Positions 44,414-53,932 of a DNA stretch of 64,000 bases are shown piece after piece. A program made the translations under genes and the position numbers. The stretch is taken from NCBI GenBank assembly GCA_021814615.1, contig JAKAHZ010000003.1, positions 6,615-70,614 of the forward strand, read 5' to 3'. The notes beneath the pieces are model-generated. The model saw only the letters and a list, made by a program, of their open reading frames with translations, was not told the origin of the DNA and did no database searches. The DNA comes from Nitrospirota bacterium (lineage in GTDB: Bacteria; Nitrospirota; UBA9217). The first letter of the stretch is position 1; each line of letters opens with the position of its first letter.

Positions 44414-45418
44414 CTAGTTCGCGATCACCGTGGGTTCCACGGACATGCCGATCCGGAGCACATGGTCCTTGTCCGTGCCTTCATCAAAGCGGATCTTGAC
44501 GGGGATGCGCTGGACGACCTTGACGTAGTTTCCCGTGGCGTTCTCCGCGGGGAAGAGGGAGAAGCTGACCCCCGTGCCGGCCATGATGCTGTCCACCTTG
44601 CCCTTGAAGGTCTTGCCGGGATAGCTGTCCACGGTCATGGTTACGGCCTGGCCCGGCCGGATGCGCGTCATCTGCGTCTCCTTGTAGTTCGCCGTGACCC
44701 AGATGTCATTGAGGGCCACGACGGCCATGAGCGGCTGGCCCGCCTGCACCTGGTTGCCTTCCTGGAGCGTTTTCTTCGTGACATAGCCGCTTACCGGCGC
44801 GTAGAGCCGGGTGTACTGCGTGTTCAATTCCGCAAGGGACGCCGCAGCCTCTTTCTGGCGGAGGGTGGAGGCCTGCGTAAGCTTCTGCGATTCCGCCTGG
44901 CGAAGCTGTTCTTCCGCGGCCTTCACCTGCGCCTGCGCAACCTCGAAGCCCGTCAGGGCGCGGTCGTAGCGGTCCCGGGGCACCGCTTCCTGCTGGAAGA
45001 GGCTTTCCATGCGCGTTTTTTCCAGTTCCGCGAGCTTCAGGTTCGCGCGCTGCAGGTCCAGATTCGCGCGGGCGGCGGCGATGCGCGTGTCCATTTCCGA
45101 GAGCTTTGCCCGTTCCACGTTCGCCGCCGAGTTGGCCTCCCTGAACTTCACGTCGTAATCGACGGGGTCGATCTCGGCGAGGAGGTCTCCCTGCTTGACC
45201 GCCTGGTTGTCCTTCACGTGCACGGCTTTCACCGTGCCGTTGATCTTCGCGGCGATTGTATGGATGTTGCCGTCGATGAAGGCATCATCGGTGGCGATAT
45301 GCGTGTTCCGGTAGGAATTGTACGCAAAGCCTGCGACGAGTCCCATGGCCACGACGATGCCGACGATGGTGAGCGCCTTCTTCTTGCCCTTCGGAGCTGC
45401 TGGTTGCTGATCAGCCAT
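44414..45418 (-). CDS. emrA: HlyD/EmrA-family periplasmic adaptor
   Basis: TM anchor, TDDAFIDGNIHTIAAKINGTV lipoyl-like hairpin, coiled coil, C-terminal beta-barrel. Confidence 0.9.
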   Translation of the reverse strand: MADQQPAAPKGKKKALTIVGIVVAMGLVAGFAYNSYRNTHIATDDAFIDGNIHTIAAKINGTVKAVHVKDNQAVKQGDLLAEIDPVDYDVKFREANSAANVERAKLSEMDTRIAAARANLDLQRANLKLAELEKTRMESLFQQEAVPRDRYDRALTGFEVAQAQVKAAEEQLRQAESQKLTQASTLRQKEAAASLAELNTQYTRLYAPVSGYVTKKTLQEGNQVQAGQPLMAVVALNDIWVTANYKETQMTRIRPGQAVTMTVDSYPGKTFKGKVDSIMAGTGVSFSLFPAENATGNYVKVVQRIPVKIRFDEGTDKDHVLRIGMSVEPTVIAN

Positions 45419-45473
45419 GTGATACCCCTTTAACGAACACCGAAATGTGATGAAGTCGTAAAAAGTCGATTAT

Positions 45474-45585
45474 CACCACGGAGACACTGAGGACACTGAA
45501 AAAATCCCCATTTATTCGAATTGCTTTTCTCTGTGTCTCCGTGCCTCAGTGGTAGATTTTGAATTCTTACGAGTCCATCAAATGT
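45474..45585. repeat. Word-stutter palindrome plus conserved tail, between tolC and emrA
   Basis: Left arm CACCACGGAGACACTGAGGACACTG. Right arm CTCTGTGTCTCCGTGCCTCAGTGGT. Tail AGATTTTGAATTCTTACGAGTCCATCA. Confidence 0.6.
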
Positions 45586-45612
45586 AGATGCATCTGAAAA
45601 GTCGAAGTCGGG

Positions 45613-47004
45613 TCACTTCGCGCCCGGCGTCGGGGATGAACTTGATGTCGGTGATGAGCTCGGCGCCGCCACGGGGGCGTTTTCCTTATTGCTCCCGTAC
45701 TCCGCGGTCAGGTCCCTGCCCAAGGCCGCGAGCAGGGCTGCCTCCGCCCGTTTCTGGCCGTAGGTGGCGCGGGAAACGTTCGTTCGCGCCGTGGTGAGGA
45801 GCGTGACCGCATCGGTGACGTCCGTTGCCGTGCCGACGCCTTCCTTGAAACGGAGCCGGGCGAGGCGCAGGTTCTCGTCTGCCTGGGCCACGGCCGCCTC
45901 GGCGACCTGGATCTTCTGCTGCGAGAGCTGGATCTCGAGCCAGGCGGCCTTGGTGTCGAGCCGCACCGCGTCGAGGACCCGGTCGCGGGTGAGCTGCAGG
46001 GACGAAAGCTCGCTCTTCGCCATGCCGATGCGCGCATCCGTTGCGCCGCCGGCCATGAGGTTGATGTTGATGCCGGCGATGAAGGACCAGTTGCTGTCGT
46101 GGACCAGGTATTCGTTCTCGCTCTTCTCGTATCCGCCGGAAACGTAGAGTGTGGGCAGGTATTCGGAACGCACCGAGCTCACGCCTGCTTCCTTGGCCCG
46201 CACGCGGGCGTCGAGATCGCGGAGATCGGGGTTCTCCCGCTCAGCGGCTTGCCAGGCCTCCTCGAGCGTGGCGGGAAGAGGCGGGTGGCCGGCGGGCGGC
46301 GTGGCCTGCACGGGATCGTTCAGCGGCCGGAGGAGCAGGCTGTTGACCCGGGAGGTGCGGAGGGACCGGGCGTTCTCCGCTGTGAGGAGCCGCTGCTTCG
46401 AATCGGCGAGCACCACGTCGGCCTGCAGCACCTCATTCTTCGTGATCACGCCGGCCTTGAGCCGCGCCTCAGCGTCCTTGCGGTGCGTTTCGTACCGGCC
46501 CACTTCCTCCTGCGCCACGGTCAAGAGGTCCTCGGCCTCAAGCAGATCGAAATAAGCGGTGATGAACTCGAAGGCGGAATGGTTCCGGGCGCGGAAGGTG
46601 CCGGACTCGCGGGACCGGACGCCTTCCTTCGCCGCAGCGATGGACGACGAGGTTTTGCCGAAATCGTAAAGCACCTGCGTCGCGCGGACGCCGTAGGTGG
46701 TGAACTGGTCCTGGGACGTGGGAACCACGTTCGGGCCGAACTTGGCCATGGGCTGGTACTGAAGCCAGGTCTCCCGCGCATAGAGATCGACTACGGGCCG
46801 CCAGGGCGACCGGGCGAGGGACACGGCCTCCCTTGCCGATTCCTCGTCGGACCGGGCGATGGACACTTCCCGGCCTTTCTCGGTCACGATCTTGAGCCCC
46901 TCGGGAAGCGTAAGGGCGGAGGCGGGGGCCGCCGGCTCCAGGAGCAGAAGAAGGGCGAAGGCGATCGCGGTCGTCACGGCTGCTGTTCTTTTCCACATAT
47001 GCAT
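45613..47004 (-). CDS. TolC-family outer membrane efflux protein
   Basis: Signal peptide after ATG 47004 (GGAAGGAG RBS). Two OEP repeats. Ser/Pro-rich C-terminal tail. Confidence 0.9.
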   Translation of the reverse strand: MHMWKRTAAVTTAIAFALLLLLEPAAPASALTLPEGLKIVTEKGREVSIARSDEESAREAVSLARSPWRPVVDLYARETWLQYQPMAKFGPNVVPTSQDQFTTYGVRATQVLYDFGKTSSSIAAAKEGVRSRESGTFRARNHSAFEFITAYFDLLEAEDLLTVAQEEVGRYETHRKDAEARLKAGVITKNEVLQADVVLADSKQRLLTAENARSLRTSRVNSLLLRPLNDPVQATPPAGHPPLPATLEEAWQAAERENPDLRDLDARVRAKEAGVSSVRSEYLPTLYVSGGYEKSENEYLVHDSNWSFIAGININLMAGGATDARIGMAKSELSSLQLTRDRVLDAVRLDTKAAWLEIQLSQQKIQVAEAAVAQADENLRLARLRFKEGVGTATDVTDAVTLLTTARTNVSRATYGQKRAEAALLAALGRDLTAEYGSNKENAPVAAPSSSPTSSSSPTPGAK

Positions 47005-47032
47005 GGCTGCTCCTTCCGCTTCTCGGGCGAGT

Positions 47033-47500
47033 TCAGCGGAGCTGGTCAAAGATCTTGTTCAGGGTCCGCCGGGTCACGGCCAGGTCCGCCGGAGGAATGA
47101 TACCGCCGATGTGCCTCCAGAGGTCCTGCACGATCGGCATAAGCTTGCGGCGCAGGTCCTTGCCGCGGCCGGTGAGGAAGATCGCGTACTTCCTGCGGTC
47201 CCGGGGGTCCCGCCGCCGGACAAGGTAGCCCGATCTGCCGAGGGCGTCGATGAACCGCGTGATGTTGGCCTTGTTCTTTCCCGTCTTGTCGGCGATCTCC
47301 TGCTGCGTCCTGCCGTCCTGCTCCCAGAGGCTGAGCATGATGCTCCACTGTTCGGTTGTGATATTATATCCCCGCTGCCGGAAGCGCCGCTGCAGGGTCG
47401 CTTTCATGTGAAGCGCCGTGCGGTACACGATGAATCCCAGCGAGTTCTCGATGGGAAAGAACGCCTCGTACCGATTGTCCCGGATCCGGACGGTCGTCAT
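47033..47500 (-). CDS. MarR family regulator heading the efflux operon
   Basis: ITTEQWSIMLSLWEQDGRTQQEIADKTGKNKANITRFIDALGRSGYLVRRRDPRDRR. Confidence 0.85.
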   Translation of the reverse strand: MTTVRIRDNRYEAFFPIENSLGFIVYRTALHMKATLQRRFRQRGYNITTEQWSIMLSLWEQDGRTQQEIADKTGKNKANITRFIDALGRSGYLVRRRDPRDRRKYAIFLTGRGKDLRRKLMPIVQDLWRHIGGIIPPADLAVTRRTLNKIFDQLR

Positions 47501-47509
47501 GATTTGGTT

Positions 47510-47539
47510 ATCATAATAACTATAGCGCACGCCTGTCAA
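47510..47539 (-). promoter_or_regulatory. Candidate sigma70 promoter (TTGACA-18-TATGAT), giving a near-leaderless marR mRNA
   Basis: Minus strand: TTGACA (47539-47534), TATGAT (47515-47510). The ATG at 47500 lies only 9 nt past the -10 element and has no RBS. Confidence 0.4.
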
Positions 47540-47604
47540 CTGAAAAAGGGGGCGGCCAGGTCCGGGATGCGCTCCGTAAGGAGAACCCGATCCTGTGCTA
47601 GACT

Positions 47605-48813
47605 ATGGGTATGATCGTCATCGAACCATTCCGGGGCAGCCCGGTGACGGAGCAGCGAATCGAGATCGTCGAACGAAAGGGCACGGGCCATCCGGATTAT
47701 CTCTGTGATTCCCTTATGGAAGCGGTCTCGGTGGAGCTCTGCCGCAGATATCGCGCGGCCTTCGGCGCGATCCTGCACCATAACATCGACAAGGGGCTGC
47801 TGGCTGCCGGCAGGGTGGAAAAGCGTTTCGGAGGCGGGCGGGTGACCGTTCCCATGGAACTCACCATTGGCGACCGGGCCACCTTCCGGCTGGGGAAACG
47901 GATGATCCCGGTGGCAGCAATCGCCGTGGACAGCGCAAAGGCATGGATCGCGAAGCACCTGCGTTTCGTGGATCCCCGGCGCCACGTGAAATACCGCGTC
48001 GTGCTCGCCGAGGGGTCAGAGGAACTGACGGACATCTTCGCCAGGCCGGGTGCGGTGCACGGCGCGAACGACACCTCGGCCGCCGTGGGCTATTACCCTT
48101 TGAGCCCTACGGACGCGGCTGTCCTGGGTCTGGAGCGGTGGCTCAATTCCCCGGCCTTTAAACGGCGTTTTCCCGAGACCGGCGAGGATGTGAAAGTCAT
48201 GGGCCTTCGCAACGGCAGCGATCTGGAGCTCACTGTCGCCATGCCCCTGCTCTGCCGGTTCGTCCGATCCGAGGAGGAGTATTTCGACCGAAAGCGAGTG
48301 GTGCAGGGCGCCCTGGATACCTTTGGCGCGAAGCTCGCCTCCTTCCGCTCCGTGAACCTACAGTTCAATACGCTCGATGTGCCGGGCCGGGGCATGCATG
48401 GCGTGTACCTGAGCCTGCTCGGCACGTCGGCCGAGGACGCCGATTCGGGCCAGGTGGGCAGGGGCAACCGGGTGAACGGCCTGATCTCGCTCAACCGGCC
48501 CATGGGCACCGAGGCTGCCGCGGGAAAGAATCCGGTGAGCCACGTGGGCAAGATCTACAACGTGCTGGCGCATCTGGCTGCCAGGAAAATCTACGAGCGC
48601 GTCGGGGGGCTGCGCGAGGTCCAGGTGCTGTTCTTGAGCAGGATCGGGACGCCGATCAGCGAACCGCAGGTGGCCACGGCCCAGGTCCTGCCGCTGAAGG
48701 GGAAGCTATCGCCGTCCCAGAGCCGGGCTGCTGAGCGCATTCTGGCCGCCGAGCTGAAGGGCATTGCCGGCTTTTGCGGGAGACTGAGCAGGGGATTCTA
48801 TCCGGTCTGTTGA
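47605..48813 (+). CDS. Archaeal-type S-adenosylmethionine synthetase (MAT, PF01941-like)
   Basis: IEIVERKGTGHPDYLCDSLMEAVS, HHNIDKGLL, GANDTSAAVGYYPLS, DADSGQVGRGNRVNGLI and GKNPVSHVGKIYN blocks. Confidence 0.85.
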   Translation: MGMIVIEPFRGSPVTEQRIEIVERKGTGHPDYLCDSLMEAVSVELCRRYRAAFGAILHHNIDKGLLAAGRVEKRFGGGRVTVPMELTIGDRATFRLGKRMIPVAAIAVDSAKAWIAKHLRFVDPRRHVKYRVVLAEGSEELTDIFARPGAVHGANDTSAAVGYYPLSPTDAAVLGLERWLNSPAFKRRFPETGEDVKVMGLRNGSDLELTVAMPLLCRFVRSEEEYFDRKRVVQGALDTFGAKLASFRSVNLQFNTLDVPGRGMHGVYLSLLGTSAEDADSGQVGRGNRVNGLISLNRPMGTEAAAGKNPVSHVGKIYNVLAHLAARKIYERVGGLREVQVLFLSRIGTPISEPQVATAQVLPLKGKLSPSQSRAAERILAAELKGIAGFCGRLSRGFYPVC

Positions 48814-48876
48814 AGGGCCGGCGGATGCCCGCCGGGCGGTTCCTGCCGCGGCGGCGAGAGTGAAGGAGACGAGACC

Positions 48877-49296
48877 ATGAAACGGTTTACCATCATAAGC
48901 GGACTTCTGCTTGCATTGGCGGCGGGCATCGCAGCTGCCGCAGAGGAAGGATGGGTTGAAAAACGGGCTGTGGCAACCGTGGGAAGCGACGGCGTCCAGC
49001 GCATGGAGATCACGGGCGGGGATTTCTACTTTGACCCCAATGTGATCGTGGTGAAAGTGAACGTGCCGGTGGAGCTCACGGTGAAGAAGGTGCGGGGCAT
49101 CGTTCCGCATGATTTCACGCTCAAGGCGCCGGAAGCGGGGATCGATGTGGCGGTCAAACTGTCGTCGGATCCTCAGGTCGTGAAATTCACGCCGACGAAG
49201 ACCGGCTCCTATGCATTCGAATGCACGAAGAAGCCGTGGTTCTTCAAGTCTCACAAGGACCGGGGAATGCACGGGACACTGGAAGTGGTGGAGTAG
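48877..49296 (+). CDS. Secreted cupredoxin-fold protein
   Basis: Signal peptide. Candidate Cu ligands H (VPHDF), C (FECTK), H and M (HKDRGMHG). Confidence 0.7.
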   Translation: MKRFTIISGLLLALAAGIAAAAEEGWVEKRAVATVGSDGVQRMEITGGDFYFDPNVIVVKVNVPVELTVKKVRGIVPHDFTLKAPEAGIDVAVKLSSDPQVVKFTPTKTGSYAFECTKKPWFFKSHKDRGMHGTLEVVE

Positions 49297-49311
49297 GTTC
49301 CGGGGTGAGAG

Positions 49312-49743
49312 ATGATTGACCGGGAACTGCTCGCCTATCTCAGGTACGCCCACGGATTCTTCAACCTGTGCATGATGGCGCTGTTCTTCGCCCAGGCGCG
49401 CATCGGCTTTCGCATCAGGAAGGCGCGGAAAGCGGGAGCGCCCATTCCCTTTGACGACGTGCGGCGCCACCGCAAGGCAGGGCCGGTGTTTGCGCTCTGG
49501 GGGAGCCTGGGGTTCCTCGTCGGCATCGTCGTGGTGCTGCTGGACAAGGGGAGGATCTTTGCCTATCCTCCCCACTTCGTCACCGGCTTCCTGATCGTGA
49601 CGGGAATCGCCGTGCTCTACCTGCTTTCGAAGCGCATCAAAGGTACCGATCCGACCTATCGGAATCCGCATGCCTACACCGGCACGGCGGTGCTGATGCT
49701 CTACGTGGTCCAATGCATGCTGGGGCTCGGCATCCTGTTCTGA
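49312..49743 (+). CDS. DUF4079-like membrane protein
   Basis: Four TM helices. Immediately downstream of the cupredoxin gene. Confidence 0.6.
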   Translation: MIDRELLAYLRYAHGFFNLCMMALFFAQARIGFRIRKARKAGAPIPFDDVRRHRKAGPVFALWGSLGFLVGIVVVLLDKGRIFAYPPHFVTGFLIVTGIAVLYLLSKRIKGTDPTYRNPHAYTGTAVLMLYVVQCMLGLGILF

Positions 49744-49746
49744 TTA

Positions 49747-51990
49747 TCAGCGGTCGATCTCGCTCCTGACCTTGCGGAGCAGTTCGGCCGGGGAGAGGGG
49801 CTTGGTCAACACGCTGAGGTTTTCCGCAAGCAGTCCTTCCTTGCCGATGACGTCCGCATCGTAGCCGCTGATGAACAGCGCGCGCACATCCGGCTTGAGC
49901 GCCCGGATCTCTTCGAGGGCGGCCCGCCCGTTTTTCTTCGGCATGATCACATCGAGCAGTACGAGCCGCACCCGGTCCCGGTTTTCGCGGAAGAGGCGGA
50001 CCGCATCCTCGCCGTTCTCCGCATCCAGCACCGTGTAGCCGAACTCCGTCAGGATCGAGCGCGTCAGGTTGCGGATAACCTCGTCATCCTCGGCCACGAG
50101 GATGGTCTCTTTACCGCCCGGCGGCGGAGCGATCTGGGACCCGGCGTCCGTCGCCGGCCGCATCCGGGTGACGGGCAGGTAGATATGGAAACGGGTGCCT
50201 TTGCCCGGGCTGCTTTCCACTTCCATGAATCCGTTGTGCTGCTGGATGATCCCGTAGGCCATGGCAAGGCCGAGGCCGGTCCCCCTGCCGGTCTCCTTGG
50301 TCGTGAAGAAGGGCTCGAAGATCCTCGTGCGGGTCCGCTCATCCATGCCCGCGCCGGTGTCGGACACCGTCAGCCTGACATAGTGCCCCGCCGTTGTCGC
50401 GCCATGCGCCGCGGCGCCGGCCGAGTCCAGATTGACCACCGCGGTGGCGATGGCGAGGACGCCGCCCGTCGGCATGGCGTCGCGCGCGTTGGTCGCCAGG
50501 TTCATGAGCACCTGCTCGATCTGGACGCTGTCCGCCATGACCGGGGTTTCCTCTCCGCACAGTTCGAGCCGCAGCTCGATATCTTCCCGGATCAGTCGCT
50601 TCAAGAGGGCGCCGAGCCGGGAAATGAGCGTGTTCAGGTCCAGGACGGCCGGGTTGATGATCTGCTTCCTGCTGAAGGCGAGGAGACGCTGGGTGAGCTG
50701 CGCCGCGCGCTGGGATGTGGCAAGGATGCTGTCGGCGAAGGCGCGCAACGGATCGCCCGGGGGGAGTTTCATCTGGATCAGGCTGCCGCATCCGATGATC
50801 GCGGTCAGGGCGTTGTTGAAGTCGTGGGCAACGCCGCCGGCGAGAAGCCCCACGGCCTCCATCTTCTGCGCCTGCCTGAGCTGGTCCTCCAGCCTGCGGT
50901 GTTCCGTGATGTCGTTGGCAAGCACGAGTTTCGCCCGCCTGCCGGAGAAATCCAGGATATGCGAGGTGACGTCGACCAGGATGACGCTGCCGTCCTTCGT
51001 GCGGTGGCGCCAGGTCCCGGACTTGTCGACGCCGGCGGTCACGCGCGCCACTTTTTCCATGAGCGGGCTGATGTCCTCGGGCGGCCGGATGTCCTTGATG
51101 GTCATCGAGAGGAACTCTTCCTGCGAGTAGCCGTAGTGCCGTACGGCGGCGTCGTTCACGGCGAGGAACCGGAGCGTTTCGAGGTCATAGACCCACATGG
51201 GATGGGGATTGTTCGCAAAGAGCGCCCGGTATTTCTGTTCGCTTTCGAGGATCCGGCGCTGGTGCCGATCGATGCGCCGGGTGAAGAGCACGATCCCGCC
51301 GATGCCGACGAACCATAAGCCGATGTGGCTCAGGAGCACCGCCCGTTCTTCTTTGTTCATTGCGGCGAGGTACGGTCCCAGAGGAAGAGCGATGCTCATG
51401 CCGCCCCGGATATCGCCGACCCGGTAGCCCTGAGCGGCGTGGCAGGTCAGGCAGGCCTGCTCGACGACAAAGGGCTTCAGGACACGCATATAGGGGGCGT
51501 TGCCGATCCTGATGACCGCGCTCGCTTCGGCGGCGCCCTGCTCGAAGGACCGCAGGCCCTGCTCTTCCCACGCATCGGCACGGTTCGCGGGATTGATGTT
51601 CCTGAGGCTGGTGAGATGGCTGATGATGGGGAGCTTAGACTGGGCGTTCAGAGCTTCGAAGACCTGGCGCGTCATCCACGCCGGATTGACGAGCGTGAGC
51701 TTTTTCCCCGTGGTGGTCACCACATCCCGGTCCGGGACCTTCAGGTAGGGATTGGGTTTGAACGTGTCCGTCACCGGCACATAGACGCCGCCGCGCTCGG
51801 CGGCCCAGTGGCGGTAGACGAGGTTCACCTCGTAGAAAGTACGGGCTTCGATGCGCGCCTTCTCATAGGTGTTCGCGCGCAACTCGACGATATTCCAGCC
51901 GATGGAACAGGCGACGATGATCGACCAGCCCACGATGAGCAGAACGAGGTACTGTTTCATCCGTCTCTGTCCGGTTTCCCTGGTCAGCAT
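49747..51990 (-). CDS. Hybrid sensor histidine kinase/response regulator with a periplasmic haem-c (DUF3365/Tll0287-like) sensor domain
   Basis: [24 protein letters not shown] in the periplasmic domain, then TM, PAS, HisKA (VAHDFNN), HATPase ([11 protein letters not shown]) and C-terminal REC ([12 protein letters not shown]). AAGGAG RBS before ATG 51990. Confidence 0.9.
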   Translation of the reverse strand: MLTRETGQRRMKQYLVLLIVGWSIIVACSIGWNIVELRANTYEKARIEARTFYEVNLVYRHWAAERGGVYVPVTDTFKPNPYLKVPDRDVVTTTGKKLTLVNPAWMTRQVFEALNAQSKLPIISHLTSLRNINPANRADAWEEQGLRSFEQGAAEASAVIRIGNAPYMRVLKPFVVEQACLTCHAAQGYRVGDIRGGMSIALPLGPYLAAMNKEERAVLLSHIGLWFVGIGGIVLFTRRIDRHQRRILESEQKYRALFANNPHPMWVYDLETLRFLAVNDAAVRHYGYSQEEFLSMTIKDIRPPEDISPLMEKVARVTAGVDKSGTWRHRTKDGSVILVDVTSHILDFSGRRAKLVLANDITEHRRLEDQLRQAQKMEAVGLLAGGVAHDFNNALTAIIGCGSLIQMKLPPGDPLRAFADSILATSQRAAQLTQRLLAFSRKQIINPAVLDLNTLISRLGALLKRLIREDIELRLELCGEETPVMADSVQIEQVLMNLATNARDAMPTGGVLAIATAVVNLDSAGAAAHGATTAGHYVRLTVSDTGAGMDERTRTRIFEPFFTTKETGRGTGLGLAMAYGIIQQHNGFMEVESSPGKGTRFHIYLPVTRMRPATDAGSQIAPPPGGKETILVAEDDEVIRNLTRSILTEFGYTVLDAENGEDAVRLFRENRDRVRLVLLDVIMPKKNGRAALEEIRALKPDVRALFISGYDADVIGKEGLLAENLSVLTKPLSPAELLRKVRSEIDR

Positions 51991-52253
51991 CGGTTGCTCC
52001 TTTGTCCCGAGAGCCCCGCATTGCGGGGAGTATCCTTCCCGCAGGACGGCTGCAAGCCTGACGGCGACAACGTCAATACGGCAAAGCTGCAAAGATTGCG
52101 AAATCGCGGGGGATGAAGGACGCTGGTTGTTAGTATACCATGAAGGCGGGCAAAACATTGCATTCCGTGGTCCCGCAGCGGTGGAAGGCGTGGGCAGTCG
52201 CGGGAGATTTCGATAGGCAAAGGAACTGCCGGTCCGACGGCCGCGCGCCCCGG

Positions 52254-52691
52254 TCAGGGAACCTGGATTTCCTCGCAGGCCCCTTTCAGGTCTCCGAGCA
52301 GCGAGGCAGTGAGCTTGCGGATCGTACTTTCCGGGAAGGCCGGGCCGGCAAGAAGGAGTGTCGCGCCGCGAAAGGTCTCGCGGCTCGTGACGAGCACGGC
52401 CCCGTCCTGCTCGCGGAAGAGGAACTCATGGCGCGACGAGACGCCGTACATCCTGCCCGACCAGGAGAGCTCTTCCGGTGGCGTCAGGTAGTCGATCACG
52501 GGCTCCACCGTCACCGGCACGCCGAAACCGTGCAGGCTGAAGCTGAACCGCCGGCCTTCTTCCATTCGATCGCTCTCACCGCTCACGTTGAGAGCGGTCC
52601 GGTTCCATTCCTTCCAGCCGCCCAGATGCGTGAAGACCCGCCATATTTTCTTCCGGTCCGCATGGATCACCACCGATTCCTCGATGACCAT
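52254..52691 (-). CDS. SRPBCC superfamily protein
   Basis: VVIHADRKKIWRVFTHLGGWKEWN N-terminal block. 145 aa. Confidence 0.75.
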   Translation of the reverse strand: MVIEESVVIHADRKKIWRVFTHLGGWKEWNRTALNVSGESDRMEEGRRFSFSLHGFGVPVTVEPVIDYLTPPEELSWSGRMYGVSSRHEFLFREQDGAVLVTSRETFRGATLLLAGPAFPESTIRKLTASLLGDLKGACEEIQVP

Positions 52692-52702
52692 GGCGCCTCC
52701 CG

Positions 52703-53239
52703 TCAGGGAATAGCCACCTGCACTCCCTGGGTCGTTCGTTTGAGCAGGGAAAGGTCGAAGCCCGATGCGCGGAGACGGTTCGTGATTACGTTGAACTGCT
52801 CGTCGCTCATCCGGGGTGTACGTGACAGAATCCAGAGGTAGTGCCGCTGCGGAACGGTGACGACCGAATATTCATAATCCTTTCCCAGATCGATGATCCA
52901 GTAGTCGCCGCGAAAGGGCCAGAAGTAGGAGACCTTGAGCTTTGCGTTCGTCGTCTGGTCCGCGACCCATGCCGTGCCTTCCGCGCTCGCTGTCCGGCCG
53001 TTCTGGATGCAGGAGTTCAGGACCGTGAAGTCCCCGTCGGTTCTCTGCGTATAGACCGCCTTCGTGTTCACGCAGCCCTCCTGGAATCCCACGGGGAAAC
53101 TTGCGATCTCATACCATGTTCCCGTGTACCGGGATAGGTCCACGGAGGGCACGACATCGGGCGGAGCGGGGAAGGGCGCTGAAGCGCAGGCGGACAGAAA
53201 CAGCGCAACGAGGGGAATAATGAAGATTGCCGGTTTCAT
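52703..53239 (-). CDS. blc: Bacterial lipocalin (Blc-like outer-membrane lipoprotein)
   Basis: Lipobox LSAC, and DLSRYTGTWYEIASFP is the lipocalin signature. Confidence 0.85.
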   Translation of the reverse strand: MKPAIFIIPLVALFLSACASAPFPAPPDVVPSVDLSRYTGTWYEIASFPVGFQEGCVNTKAVYTQRTDGDFTVLNSCIQNGRTASAEGTAWVADQTTNAKLKVSYFWPFRGDYWIIDLGKDYEYSVVTVPQRHYLWILSRTPRMSDEQFNVITNRLRASGFDLSLLKRTTQGVQVAIP

Positions 53240-53373
53240 GAGAGACTCCTGGCGCATCAATCGGTATTCAAATGGTAGCACAGCAGGGCCGGCCCTGCCG
53301 AGGATTCTGTTCTTGCATCGAGATGCCGCCTGTTGTATGCTCGGACATCCTATCGTCGAGAGGTCAAGATGCC

Positions 53374-53892
53374 ATGAACCGTCCCGTGCCAGTGGCCTTC
53401 ATTGTCGCCGCCGTCGTTCTCTTCGGCGCGTACCCTGCTGCAGGCCAGATCTACCAATACCGCGACAGCAGAGGCAATGTGGTGTTCACCGACAAGCCGC
53501 CTGCAGATGCAAACGCCGAAGAGACGAAAATGAAGAGCGACAGCGTTTTCTGGGCTGCTCCCCGGAACGATCCCGATCCTGAGCCCGCACCGAACCGTCC
53601 CTCGCCGGCAGGGCAATCGCAGGAACCGAAGCGGCAGAAGGATTATCGCAGCGTAACGGTCCTTCTCTACATGACCAGCTGGTGCGGCTACTGCAAGCAG
53701 GCTGCCGCCTATGTCCAGTCGCTCGGCGCGGGGCTGGTGCAGTACGATATCGAGAAGATGCCGGAAAAACGGAAAGAGATGACGCAGAAGGGCGGAGGGC
53801 CCGGCGTTCCTTTCATCGATATCGAGGGGACGTACATTCGCGGATACAGCCAGGGATCGATCAAGGCTGCCCTGGACCGGGCCGCGCGATGA
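53374..53892 (+). CDS. DUF4124 + glutaredoxin-like domain protein
   Basis: IYQYRDSRGNVVFTDKPP (DUF4124), then LYMTSWCGYCKQA...GVPFIDIEG (Grx fold). Confidence 0.75.
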   Translation: MNRPVPVAFIVAAVVLFGAYPAAGQIYQYRDSRGNVVFTDKPPADANAEETKMKSDSVFWAAPRNDPDPEPAPNRPSPAGQSQEPKRQKDYRSVTVLLYMTSWCGYCKQAAAYVQSLGAGLVQYDIEKMPEKRKEMTQKGGGPGVPFIDIEGTYIRGYSQGSIKAALDRAAR

Positions 53893-53932
53893 GGACGCTC
53901 GTTGCCTCGCTCCGCGCAGAAGGGATTCGTGC

